From Escherichia phage vB_EcoM_F1, in sequence record NC_054912.1: DNA of 64,000 nucleotides. The stretch is one strand, 5' to 3'. The notes beneath the pieces are model-generated. The model saw only the letters and a list, made by a program, of their open reading frames with translations, searched no databases and was not told where the DNA came from. A program made the position numbers and the translations under genes. Below, piece after piece: positions 55,774 to 64,000 of the stretch. How positions within the stretch are numbered: the first letter of the stretch is position 1; the number at the start of each line of letters is the position of its first letter.

Positions 55774-56048
55774 TCGAAATAATCTTCAATTTCATAATCA
55801 TGGACATAAATCATTATAGTTTTTAATACATCATCTATACTTTTTCCTGGAGCTGGAATTACGTAAAAATATCCTGCTTTTGAGAGGTCTTTATAAGTTC
55901 CAATCAAGAAATCATTATTCTCAAGATGCAGTTCTTCAACTAATTCATTAACAATTGAATAGTATAAATTTGGTAGAAACTTATATAGCTTTTCTAGAAT
56001 ATCAATTTTGATTGTATATTGAACCACAGATTGAGAATCAATAATCAT
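55770..56048 (-). CDS. arn: Arn-like anti-restriction protein (inhibitor of McrBC in T4)
   Basis: 92-aa ORF directly upstream of asiA, as in T4; assignment by position and size. Confidence 0.7.
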   Translation of the reverse strand: MIIDSQSVVQYTIKIDILEKLYKFLPNLYYSIVNELVEELHLENNDFLIGTYKDLSKAGYFYVIPAPGKSIDDVLKTIMIYVHDYEIEDYFE

Positions 56049-56131
56049 AGACCTTCCCCTTATGTTTCTGTTTGCGATTAGATTCTTTAAACGCTTTCTT
56101 CTTATCCTTATGAACAGAAGCTTTATTAAAA

Positions 56132-56350
56132 TTATGTTTTGCGACTAAATTGTTCATAGTGCTGAATTACCTCTCTCAAACATTTGCATGTGAATGAAAA
56201 CTTTTTAGCTACACCACATTCAAATATATGTTCTCTTAAATCGCGTGTATCAGTATATCCCATCTCAACAATAAAATGCCGTATTAGATTTTTATCTTTA
56301 TCATTGAGAGAATTAAAATAATCGGATTTTGAATTAATTTCCCTGGCCAA
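56132..56350 (-). CDS. Hypothetical protein (arn.1-like)
   Basis: 72-aa ORF with Cys pairs. Confidence 0.5.
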   Translation of the reverse strand: MAREINSKSDYFNSLNDKDKNLIRHFIVEMGYTDTRDLREHIFECGVAKKFSFTCKCLREVIQHYEQFSRKT

Positions 56351-56630
56351 ATTGAATCACCTTCAGTTGACGTTTTAATTCTTTTATCATCTCTTCGTTC
56401 ATCGCAATATAAAGATCGCGTAAAGCAGGTTTTAGCATTCCATTTATTGGGGAACTAAATGGACATACATAATCTTTTCCTACGAGCTTTTTAGTTAATT
56501 CCATATCACAAAACTGAAATGCAGGTTCATTAGCATAAATTCCCCAATTAGTTGACATCATTTTATTGGCATATTCCAGTGCCTGAATTTGATTCATAAT
56601 TCCATCAATTTGAAACTTTTTAATATTCAT
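56334..56630 (-). CDS. Hypothetical protein (arn.2-like)
   Basis: 98-aa ORF. Confidence 0.5.
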   Translation of the reverse strand: MNIKKFQIDGIMNQIQALEYANKMMSTNWGIYANEPAFQFCDMELTKKLVGKDYVCPFSSPINGMLKPALRDLYIAMNEEMIKELKRQLKVIQFGQGN

Positions 56631-57097
56631 TAGTAAAGGTCCTCAGAGTAAAGTTCTTTTTCACTACCACCACGTTCAATACGTACTTGTCCAGCGTAAG
56701 TTGCAATAATCATTGCTTCTTCACGTGTCCAATAATTACTGTATTGGTCAATAAATCCTTGGTCTTCACCACAAACATGGTCTGATACAAGTTTATCACT
56801 TACCTGGTCAAGAACTTCAGCCATATCTTTAGAATAATGACGAGCACCAGGAATAACCAGAGTCCCACCATCTTTTAACTTAAAACGGTTGGCTGCACAC
56901 ACAATTCGACGTTGATATTTTTCATTATTGTTCCAATGAGCTACTTGCCAACAGATTTCAGGAACCTCTTCTAAAACATCCTCTTCTGTATATTCGGTGT
57001 AGTCGCCATAGGCCTGTAATTTAGCTGCTAGACTTTCTGGAGTTTCACGTAATAAAGCCAGGTCTAATAATTCAAGACGCTCTTTGAAGGTTTTCAT
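56630..57097 (-). CDS. Hypothetical protein (arn.3-like)
   Basis: 155-aa ORF. Confidence 0.55.
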   Translation of the reverse strand: MKTFKERLELLDLALLRETPESLAAKLQAYGDYTEYTEEDVLEEVPEICWQVAHWNNNEKYQRRIVCAANRFKLKDGGTLVIPGARHYSKDMAEVLDQVSDKLVSDHVCGEDQGFIDQYSNYWTREEAMIIATYAGQVRIERGGSEKELYSEDLY

Positions 57098-57249
57098 TTG
57101 GTTTCCTCAACACTTTTAATTTTTATAGCTTGTTTAGAACTTTCAAAGCATTGACAATATACTCTTACCGCATCAAACTGGTTGGCCGCTTTAAGATGGA
57201 CTACACCTTCGCCGTTATAAAATTCTACGACAATTTTAAATGTTTTCAT
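57094..57249 (-). CDS. Small hypothetical protein
   Basis: 51-codon ORF read by hand ([15 protein letters not shown]...); ATGA overlaps at both ends. Confidence 0.4.
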   Translation of the reverse strand: MKTFKIVVEFYNGEGVVHLKAANQFDAVRVYCQCFESSKQAIKIKSVEETK

Positions 57250-57575
57250 TTAAACCATCCTTTAATACGTTGCCACAAAGTTTTCTGTTGAGCTTTGTTA
57301 ACACCAATTGAACGAATAACTGGTTGAGATTCCTGGAATTCTTTATAATCAGCAAGGTAAATTTCGTAAGCTGCATCCGTAAATGAACTTATCGCTGCCA
57401 TAAAATTATTGCGAATACCTACCGGAGCATCTTTACTTTCACGAATAATCATGTATTTACCAGTCTTAATCTTTACGATAGTTCCAAGATAAGCCCCATG
57501 GTACCAAATATCCCAACCCTCTTGAGTAGGTTCTGCGCAACGACGAAGTTCATTAACAATTTCTAACTTGTTCAT
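57246..57575 (-). CDS. Hypothetical protein (arn.4-like)
   Basis: 109-aa ORF. Confidence 0.5.
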   Translation of the reverse strand: MNKLEIVNELRRCAEPTQEGWDIWYHGAYLGTIVKIKTGKYMIIRESKDAPVGIRNNFMAAISSFTDAAYEIYLADYKEFQESQPVIRSIGVNKAQQKTLWQRIKGWFK

Positions 57576-57585
57576 TATTTATTCC

Positions 57586-58221
57586 TCACAGTTCAGATGC
57601 TACAGTGATTACAGCTTCAATGTTTTCTACCGAGCGTTTAATGTCAAGATACACATTACCGTTTTTAGCGATTTTACATGACATTCCGATATCAGTAAAT
57701 TTCTGAATATGATGTTCCATCATTTTGTATCCAAAAATTCGCATATTTCCATTATTGTTAATTTCAAAATTACGAATTCCGTGAGTGCGTTTTTCTAAAA
57801 TAGCGAGATAGTTACTGCGATAAGTTTCAACCTTTTTAAGAACAAATCCATTTTCATCTAAAAGTTTTAACATGAGGTCTTTATCTTCTTCCATATCAGA
57901 AGTAATCTCACGAGCTTTACGAGTTGCTCGTTTTTTCAGCAGTTCAGGAGCATTTTCTTGTGCGTATAAAGTTGCTGCATTTGAAATAATATCCTGAGCT
58001 TCACCAGTAATGATTAATCCATCACCAGATTTCTCTACCAGGCCTTTTTTAATCAATACCCCAATATTACTATTAACTACTGCGTTACCTAAATCTGGAT
58101 GCACCTCACGAACTTCTGCAGCTGTAATGAAATCTTTCTTAGCAATGGTAATTAAAATTGCAGCAGTTTTTTCATTCAGAACATCGTTAGAAGCTTTGAT
58201 GATGTAAGTTACTTTAGACAT
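57586..58221 (-). CDS. motA: MotA middle-promoter transcription activator
   Basis: 211-aa ORF, T4 MotA size/position. Confidence 0.92.
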   Translation of the reverse strand: MSKVTYIIKASNDVLNEKTAAILITIAKKDFITAAEVREVHPDLGNAVVNSNIGVLIKKGLVEKSGDGLIITGEAQDIISNAATLYAQENAPELLKKRATRKAREITSDMEEDKDLMLKLLDENGFVLKKVETYRSNYLAILEKRTHGIRNFEINNNGNMRIFGYKMMEHHIQKFTDIGMSCKIAKNGNVYLDIKRSVENIEAVITVASEL

Positions 58222-58263
58222 TTTCTAATCTCCGTAATTCTGTATCAGTAGTTGATAGTTGTA

Positions 58264-58292
58264 TAGTACCACAGTATGCTTTGGTTGTAAAC
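58264..58292 (-). promoter_or_regulatory. Early promoter upstream of motA (TTTACA-17-TACTAT)
   Basis: minus-strand TTTACA, 17 nt, TACTAT with upstream A/T-rich tract. Confidence 0.5.
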
Positions 58293-58321
58293 TGTTTTGT
58301 GAAAAAATTTTTAAATAAAAA

Positions 58322-58343
58322 AGGGAGAGCCGAGGCTCTCCCT
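58322..58343. terminator. Terminator hairpin
   Basis: gggagagcc-gag-gctctccc flanked by A-run. Confidence 0.6.
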
Positions 58344-58347
58344 AAAA

Positions 58348-58497
58348 TTACTGCATGACTGTGATAACTGTCATGATAACACGTTGAATTCCGAACGCAA
58401 GAAGACCTCCTGCTACAGCTGGAACAACGCCTAAACCCGCCAGTAAAATGCTACCAGATACTAATGCCGCGCTTGTAATACCAATGAATGGACTCAT
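58348..58497 (-). CDS. Small hydrophobic membrane protein (motA.1-like position)
   Basis: 49-codon ORF read by hand (MSPFIGITSAALVSGSILLAGLGVVPAVAGG...); its ATG overlaps the gene 52 stop. Confidence 0.45.
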   Translation of the reverse strand: MSPFIGITSAALVSGSILLAGLGVVPAVAGGLLAFGIQRVIMTVITVMQ

Positions 58498-59822
58498 TTG
58501 ATTTCCTCTAAATCTTTAGTGTATTCTGTAACTACATCAGTAGTTTTCCAATATTCGTTTTCTTCTTTTTTAGCTTTAGCTTCTTCAGCAAGTTTCTTTG
58601 CTTCATCAGAAGTCATATGAAAAATATTCATACCAACTAGTTTATCAACATAAGAAGAATACATCTCAATTTTAGAAAGTTCTTCGGTCAGTTCTTTACG
58701 AGTTTTACCCTGTACAACAATTTCACCTGAAATTACTTTCTTAATGAAATGTGCCTTGGCAAAGGCTAAACGAAAAGCTGACTCAGTTTCTTTAATTTTG
58801 TTATCAATTCGTTTTTGGACATAAGTTTTACGAACTTCAACGAAGTCTTTAATTAAATCAACTACGTTATCGTAAACTTGTAGCTTTCCTTTCTCATTAA
58901 TGACAGTAATATTCTGAGAACGACGCTCAATCAGTCCGAAGTCTTTCATAATTTTTGCATGGCGTTCTTCTTCATTATCACTCAAAGAGTATTCTTTTCG
59001 GAATTTAACTTTGAATCCAAAACCATGCTCACCACAAGCATCATCCCATGTAATGAAGCCTTTATCTTCAAGCGGGTCTAAGATTTTACTCACATAAGTT
59101 TCACGATCATACTTATACGGAATCTCAGTGATATGCATTTGAGTTCGTGAAGTAAACTTATATGTTCCACGAATTTCATATTGCCCATCAATTTCAACGA
59201 CTTCACCACGAAATTCTGGGAATTCTACCTTCGGTTTAGTTACTTTCTTTCCTTGAAGAGCTTGCAGTACAGCTTTCTTAACAGAAGAAACGCTATGAGG
59301 AAGAATGTAAGTTGCATAACCAGTTGCAATACCGGAAACGCCATTAAGAAGAACAGTAGGAATAACAGGCAAATAGAAAGCAGGCGGAATGTGTTCTTTA
59401 TCTTGATGTACCGGAGCATATTCAGTATCTTTATATACGTTATAGAAATTTTTACTTACACGAGCAAAAATATAACGACTTGCTGCTGCTTTTTGAACGG
59501 TACGAGAACCAAAGTTTCCTTGACCATCTAACAAAGGAAAGTTATTATTCCAAGTATTAGCCATCAAAGCACCTGCGTCTTGTGCAGAGTTTTCGCCATG
59601 GTGATATCCAAGGTCCGCTACACCGCCTGCGATAGAAGCGAGTTTGTGAAACTTATCTTTATTTCCTCGCGCCAAATCAAGAGCTCGAGCAATAACAAAT
59701 CGTTGAACTGGCTTAAATCCATCAATCATATTTGGAATAGCACGATTTTCAACCGTGTACATAGCATAAGCCAATGCTTCATTATCAATGATACTTTTTA
59801 AATCGCGATTATTCAGTTGCAT
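58494..59822 (-). CDS. 52: DNA topoisomerase II medium subunit gp52
   Basis: 442-aa ORF with GyrA-like N-terminal region (…NMIDGFKPVQRFV…). Confidence 0.95.
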   Translation of the reverse strand: MQLNNRDLKSIIDNEALAYAMYTVENRAIPNMIDGFKPVQRFVIARALDLARGNKDKFHKLASIAGGVADLGYHHGENSAQDAGALMANTWNNNFPLLDGQGNFGSRTVQKAAASRYIFARVSKNFYNVYKDTEYAPVHQDKEHIPPAFYLPVIPTVLLNGVSGIATGYATYILPHSVSSVKKAVLQALQGKKVTKPKVEFPEFRGEVVEIDGQYEIRGTYKFTSRTQMHITEIPYKYDRETYVSKILDPLEDKGFITWDDACGEHGFGFKVKFRKEYSLSDNEEERHAKIMKDFGLIERRSQNITVINEKGKLQVYDNVVDLIKDFVEVRKTYVQKRIDNKIKETESAFRLAFAKAHFIKKVISGEIVVQGKTRKELTEELSKIEMYSSYVDKLVGMNIFHMTSDEAKKLAEEAKAKKEENEYWKTTDVVTEYTKDLEEIK

Positions 59823-59826
59823 AAAT

Positions 59827-59967
59827 TTACCATACTAGTGAATGTAGTGCCATAATAACATCAGAAATGAAAAGCACGACTTGAATTAATCCGAACATTA
59901 CTCCATAATATAATGCTATCAATAAAATAGCAAGGGCTAATAAATAGCCCAAGATTTTCTTAATCAT
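59827..59967 (-). CDS. Small hydrophobic protein (52.1/ac-region)
   Basis: 46-codon ORF read by hand (MIKKILGYLLALAILLIALYYGVMFGLIQ...). Confidence 0.4.
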   Translation of the reverse strand: MIKKILGYLLALAILLIALYYGVMFGLIQVVLFISDVIMALHSLVW

Positions 59968-60118
59968 TAGTAGATAACAACGCAAATGTTAAATATGCAC
60001 ACATACCCTGGGCTAAAGCTTGTGAAAACACACTGCTAGAATCGATACAGATAGTTAAAACACATGCTACTATCCAACAAATAAATGAAATAACTCCTAA
60101 TAATTTTGCGATATTCAT
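59960..60118 (-). CDS. Small hydrophobic protein (ac-like position)
   Basis: 52-codon ORF read by hand (MNIAKLLGVISFICWIVACVLTIC...); its stop overlaps the downstream ATG. Confidence 0.4.
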   Translation of the reverse strand: MNIAKLLGVISFICWIVACVLTICIDSSSVFSQALAQGMCAYLTFALLSTND

Positions 60119-60214
60119 AATATTCTCCTCAACTATTTTTAGAACCTAAAATACCAAAGTTTTTAAGATTGTTACGATAGAACTGCATCACATGTTCGTT
60201 ATGGAAATTACTCA

Positions 60215-60673
60215 TTAATATGCCTGCAAAACGAATTTAAAGTTATCAGCCAACATACGATTCATTTCTTCAAGCGTTTGATACTCAGAATGATGATTAC
60301 GAGTAAACGCCAAAGCTAACTGACCTTTACCAAATCCCGTCGTCAGAGGTTTCATCTTAGAAGCAGGCAGATAAAACACTGTGTATGGAACATTGTTATT
60401 TGCAATAGTACGCGCAAGTTGAGACCGACGTTGACGAATATGACTTAGAACCGCACTGAATCCTTGCTTAGAACGCTGATTACCTACATAAAATCGTGCA
60501 GACACGCATGGATTACTAAATGGACGACCATCTAATTTACTCACTAAAAAGTAAAATCCAGGTTTAGATAAAATATCTTTATGCGGAGTTCCTAAAAACC
60601 ATTCACCACCCTTGATTGTACCAATAACAGTAGCGCCTGCATTGTTCAGATCAGTAACAGTCATGTATTTCAT
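60215..60673 (-). CDS. ndd: Ndd nucleoid disruption protein
   Basis: Start set at MKYMTVTDL (152 aa); the track ORF extends 18 codons upstream. Confidence 0.8.
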   Translation of the reverse strand: MKYMTVTDLNNAGATVIGTIKGGEWFLGTPHKDILSKPGFYFLVSKLDGRPFSNPCVSARFYVGNQRSKQGFSAVLSHIRQRRSQLARTIANNNVPYTVFYLPASKMKPLTTGFGKGQLALAFTRNHHSEYQTLEEMNRMLADNFKFVLQAY

Positions 60674-60731
60674 ATTAATTTCCTCTAAATTATTTTCTAC
60701 TCCAAGGCCGCATGAATACGCGGCCATTAAA

Positions 60732-60947
60732 TTAATCGTCGCAGTCGACGCTCAATTCCCAAAACTCTTCTACAGTATAAGTTTCAGTATCATTTTCAAT
60801 ACAGAAACGTTCATTACTGTTATTTGCTAAAGTAGCATTAACTGTCGGTTTCTCGCTAGTGCTCTTAAGAGGTGAAATACGAATTAACTGATCACCGTTA
60901 TCTAAACAAAAAATTTCACCAACTTTTACATCTTTAAAACTTTTCAT
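60732..60947 (-). CDS. Hypothetical protein (ndd.1-like)
   Basis: 71-aa ORF. Confidence 0.5.
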   Translation of the reverse strand: MKSFKDVKVGEIFCLDNGDQLIRISPLKSTSEKPTVNATLANNSNERFCIENDTETYTVEEFWELSVDCDD

Positions 60948-61062
60948 AATTCACCTCAAGGAGTATAAAATCCAAACGCAGTTGTTGACCATCCCATCCA
61001 ATATGGGAAATTTGCACCAATGTAAAACATGAGAATATAAAACCAACCGCTCAGCAAATTCA

Positions 61063-61281
61063 TCATTTTACACCATTCCAAATTGTTTCAACCACGGATT
61101 TTAAACCATTTTGATGAATATCAATTCCGACTACTGTCATCAAATAGATTCCAACTACAACTGAACCCAAGGCAAAAATCAGCATGAAAATGAATAAAGC
61201 CGGAAAAATATTATCGAAAAACCATTCAATAAATGTAAAAGCACTGCGTTTACGCTTCATATTTTCCTCACATAAATCCAA
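61063..61281 (-). CDS. Small membrane protein (ndd.x)
   Basis: 72-aa ORF with hydrophobic core (IFPALFIFMLIFALGSVVVGIYLMTVV). Confidence 0.5.
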   Translation of the reverse strand: MDLCEENMKRKRSAFTFIEWFFDNIFPALFIFMLIFALGSVVVGIYLMTVVGIDIHQNGLKSVVETIWNGVK

Positions 61282-61387
61282 AGTAAGCGTTTAATACATC
61301 AATCATTAAAACGATTGGGAATATACTCAAAACTACTAGTATTATAACTACATTCCATATAGCTTTAACAATCTTTTTCATTTTCAT
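61268..61387 (-). CDS. Small membrane protein (ndd.x)
   Basis: Start set at MKMKKIVKAIWNVVIILVVL after GGAGG; the 84-aa track ORF runs through the promoter at 61416-61444. Confidence 0.45.
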   Translation of the reverse strand: MKMKKIVKAIWNVVIILVVLSIFPIVLMIDVLNAYFGFM

Positions 61388-61415
61388 TTTCTGTTCCTCC
61401 GTAGTTGATAGAGTA

Positions 61416-61444
61416 ATAATACCACAGAGGAACAGTCTTGTAAA
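61416..61444 (-). promoter_or_regulatory. Early promoter (TTTACA-17-TATTAT)
   Basis: minus-strand TTTACA, 17 nt, TATTAT, then ACGGAGGAACAG SD region. Confidence 0.5.
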
Positions 61445-61630
61445 CAACTTTTTTAAAAATATTCGTAATAAATGTGAATACCAACTACTACCGCTGAAAC
61501 CTGTGCAACCCACCACGCACAAGCAATAAGTACAGAATTCAAAATTTTCATAATAACCTCATCACAAAAGTAAATGTTAAACAAATTACTGGAATACTAA
61601 TTAACCAAACAAAACACCACCATAATGAAC

Positions 61631-61894
61631 TCATAGCTCAATCTCAGCGATTTCCAAGTGTTTTTGTTTTATTGCCTTTTTAACACAATCATGGACTAAA
61701 TATGACCATGAATCATTATATTCTCCATTAACTAATCGTTGGAGATCTTCACGTGATGATAAGTAAGGTTGATCTGATTCCCATTTTGATAAAAATACTG
61801 CAGTAAAAATATCTCCTTCACCTGTAGTTGAAGTCGTAAATGCAATAAATTCACCGGTAATTTTATGTTTAGCGTAATAAAATTTAAATTTCAT
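61631..61894 (-). CDS. Hypothetical protein (ndd.x)
   Basis: 87-aa ORF. Confidence 0.55.
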   Translation of the reverse strand: MKFKFYYAKHKITGEFIAFTTSTTGEGDIFTAVFLSKWESDQPYLSSREDLQRLVNGEYNDSWSYLVHDCVKKAIKQKHLEIAEIEL

Positions 61895-61921
61895 TTTTAC
61901 TCCTCCGTAGCTGATAGTTGT

Positions 61922-61950
61922 ATAGTACCACGGTCCTTGTGGTATGTAAA
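61922..61950 (-). promoter_or_regulatory. Early promoter (TTTACA-17-TACTAT)
   Basis: minus-strand TTTACA, 17 nt, TACTAT, then ACGGAGGAG SD; same family as 41395, 58264 and 61416. Confidence 0.5.
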
Positions 61951-61967
61951 CTGTTTTGTGAAATTTT

Positions 61968-62525
61968 TTAAATGGAAAGATACCATCCGTTGTAGTTGCT
62001 TTTTCTTACAACCTTACGAAGGTCTTCTCTGTCACCGATGAACTTCGGAGTGTACTGGATGACACCTGGATGAATTTCTTTAGTGTTGAATATAATTATA
62101 CAGTCAGCGACCTGATGATTTAGAATGGGCCCTAGATTTATTCCAGAACCATATGGATACTCTCCGCTGCATCCTGTTGTCACCGAAATCCAACGTGAGT
62201 CAGTTTGATGTGTCTTAACTTCTACACGAAGCCCACAGTATTTTGGATGTGCTAAAACATCCCATGCATACGTGTACGGATCATCGACATCTTCTTGACC
62301 TTTGTTAACATACCCACTCAACCAATCTGCTACAAAAAACTCTGCGTACACAGCGATACGACATCTTTCGATGACCTCAGCCTTATCTTGATTTGGATTT
62401 TGTTTTAAAGAGTATCTTGCAGTATCAGCAATTTTGACCTTCATTTCACTAGTCAAATCACTGTTCGATAGGGTAAATGTCGGAATCTGAAATAGTCTCT
62501 GTAAACCCGGATTCGTTTTCTGCAT
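61968..62525 (-). CDS. denB: Endonuclease IV (DenB)
   Basis: 185-aa ORF, T4 DenB size and position next to rIIB. Confidence 0.8.
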   Translation of the reverse strand: MQKTNPGLQRLFQIPTFTLSNSDLTSEMKVKIADTARYSLKQNPNQDKAEVIERCRIAVYAEFFVADWLSGYVNKGQEDVDDPYTYAWDVLAHPKYCGLRVEVKTHQTDSRWISVTTGCSGEYPYGSGINLGPILNHQVADCIIIFNTKEIHPGVIQYTPKFIGDREDLRKVVRKSNYNGWYLSI

Positions 62526-62787
62526 TTAAACTTTCCTTTTTACCACTAAGATAAGCGTTATACACTTTAAGAGTACCATAGTAAATTCGATCATTTTCAT
62601 CTAAAGAATTACGATCAAGTTCATCGAGATTCTTTTTGTCCATGACTATAACATCATTGCAGTAAAGAACTCCAAGTTTTTCATGCCCAAATTCGAATTT
62701 ATTGCAGTACACAATATTAGCATAATGATTACCATGTAGAGAAATTTCTTTAATTCCGGGATCACCAACATTCATAAAGTGAATCAT
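62458..62787 (-). CDS. Hypothetical protein (denB.1-like)
   Basis: 109-aa ORF; 68-nt overlap with denB start in a different frame. Confidence 0.45.
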   Translation of the reverse strand: MIHFMNVGDPGIKEISLHGNHYANIVYCNKFEFGHEKLGVLYCNDVIVMDKKNLDELDRNSLDENDRIYYGTLKVYNAYLSGKKESLNAENESGFTETISDSDIYPIEQ

Positions 62788-62806
62788 AATTTCCTCTTAA
62801 AACAAA

Positions 62807-62822
62807 AGGGCCGAAGCCCTTA
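62807..62822. terminator. Terminator hairpin
   Basis: aagggc-cgaa-gccctt; near-identical hairpin at 63040-63056. Confidence 0.55.
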
Positions 62823-62823
62823 T

Positions 62824-63018
62824 TTATTTGAATTGTGCAATTCTTTTCTCTAGACATTCAGCATAAGATTTCATTGAGATGAACTGCGAAAGTAGCAGTT
62901 CTTGCTCAACTGCACTAACTGTTAGAAACTTTGCGCTTTCTAAAAATTTGCTCAGTGCATTAATTTTGAGCATTAATTGATCGTATTCTTCTTTTACTCG
63001 TGCTTGATAACCTAACAT
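62824..63018 (-). CDS. Small hypothetical protein between rIIB and denB
   Basis: 64-aa ORF flanked by two similar hairpins. Confidence 0.45.
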   Translation of the reverse strand: MLGYQARVKEEYDQLMLKINALSKFLESAKFLTVSAVEQELLLSQFISMKSYAECLEKRIAQFK

Positions 63019-63050
63019 AATTTTCCTTAATGCAATAAGGACCGAAGCCC

Positions 63051-63989
63051 TTATTTAAATTGTTCAGTAACGTCTTCAACTACTTCGTATTGGCAGGTAC
63101 GCATTTTAGCATCGTTGTAATCAATCGGAATTGATACTACATCACGCGGATGTACTTTAACTTTTACAACTCGACTAGTTGAACTGCCAAAGTGACGAAT
63201 ATAAGATTTAGAACACACATGCAGACCATGAGAACAAGTTTGTGTATCATCGTCATTCACACGAGTACGCGGCATTTTAACTACTTTACCCGGACTGTTA
63301 TCAAAGGTGTTTGAATGACAGTCGAAGTAGTTGTCACGAACTACTTTCCAAGCATAGAAGTAACCATCTTCTGTAATTTCAATATCATTTGCTACCAAGA
63401 AATCAAAGAGTCGAGATACCGCTTTTTGGCTTGGGTTTTCCAGCAGATTTTCCAAGAACGGAAAATAAAATTCAAAGTTTTCACCTTTTTCCATCGAATC
63501 GAGAATACGATCAACCAGACCAGACCGTAATTCGATATTTTGATAGAACAAGCTTCCGCCTTCAATTCGAACATCACCAGAAATATATTTTTCAACAGCG
63601 CGACGAACATTAATTTTTTGTGCCGCTTCTTCCAACTTATCCGCTACAAGCAGATTAAGAATTTCCTGGAAGTTTGAATGAGTATTAGGAGTTGCGTTAT
63701 AAGTTACGCCATCAACAGTAATTGAAATGAATTTTTTAGATGCATTCCAAATAATGTCAGATTTAGCAACTGGAGCAATAACTGCATCGCTATTAACTTT
63801 AACTGTAATATCACCGTTAATGGTAACTTTAGAGCGTTTAGCTTCTTCAGCATTTTTCAAAACACGACGGATTGTGTCAACCGATACACCTTGCCAATCA
63901 GCCAATTCCTGTTGGGTGTAATTACCACTTGAATACAGTTTAACAATTTCAGCTTGTTCGTTTTTGGTCAGGCATTTAATATTGTACAT
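63051..63989 (-). CDS. rIIB: rIIB membrane-associated protein
   Basis: 312-aa ORF MYNIKCLTKNEQAEIVKLYSSGNYTQQELADW..., T4 rIIB size. Confidence 0.92.
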   Translation of the reverse strand: MYNIKCLTKNEQAEIVKLYSSGNYTQQELADWQGVSVDTIRRVLKNAEEAKRSKVTINGDITVKVNSDAVIAPVAKSDIIWNASKKFISITVDGVTYNATPNTHSNFQEILNLLVADKLEEAAQKINVRRAVEKYISGDVRIEGGSLFYQNIELRSGLVDRILDSMEKGENFEFYFPFLENLLENPSQKAVSRLFDFLVANDIEITEDGYFYAWKVVRDNYFDCHSNTFDNSPGKVVKMPRTRVNDDDTQTCSHGLHVCSKSYIRHFGSSTSRVVKVKVHPRDVVSIPIDYNDAKMRTCQYEVVEDVTEQFK

Positions 63990-64000
63990 AATTTTCCTTA

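Noticed and set aside
62458-62525. 68-nt out-of-frame overlap between the 109-aa ORF and the denB start
   Set aside because: Could reflect a mis-assigned start for one of the two genes rather than a true overlap; cannot be resolved without homology data
62807-63056. Two near-identical hairpins flanking the 64-aa ORF, as a possible miniature mobile element
   Set aside because: They resemble the common T4 terminator hairpin family found throughout the window; no target-site duplication or transposase is present

Overview
This window is a contiguous segment of a T4-like (T-even, Tequatrovirus-type) myovirus genome, running from the 3' part of head gene 22 to rIIB. Recognition rests on the supplied ORF translations, which match well-known T4 proteins in the canonical T4 gene order: 22-23-24 (head), rnlB, hoc, inh, uvsW, uvsY, baseplate genes 25-26-51-27-28-29-48-54, alt, DNA ligase 30, the 30.x cluster, rIII, 31, cd, pseT, a spanin pair, alc, rnlA, denA, nrdB, nrdA, td, frd, 32, 59, 33, dsbA, rnh, long tail fibre genes 34-35-36-37-38, holin t, asiA, arn, motA, 52, ndd, denB and rIIB. 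Both nrdB and td are split by group I introns. The nrdB intron carries a full-length HNH homing endonuclease (I-TevIII-like), whereas the td intron retains only a 55-codon in-frame remnant of the GIY-YIG endonuclease I-TevI. The tail-fibre tip is of the T2/T6 type: gp37 ends in a chaperone-like C-terminal domain and gp38 is a glycine-rich adhesin. Regulatory signals are typical of T4: TATAAATA late promoters, sigma70-like early promoters, and many GC hairpin terminators. I see no CRISPR array, rRNA or tRNA, and no clearly novel multi-gene system. The most interesting unexplained items are an ORF-free, GC-patchy 358-bp segment between a 30.9-like gene and rIII, a near-identical 53-bp promoter/leader cassette present twice (one copy abutting a decayed alt paralog), and clusters of small uncharacterised ORFs in accessory regions. 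All names and functions are by recall of T4 proteins; no database search was run.
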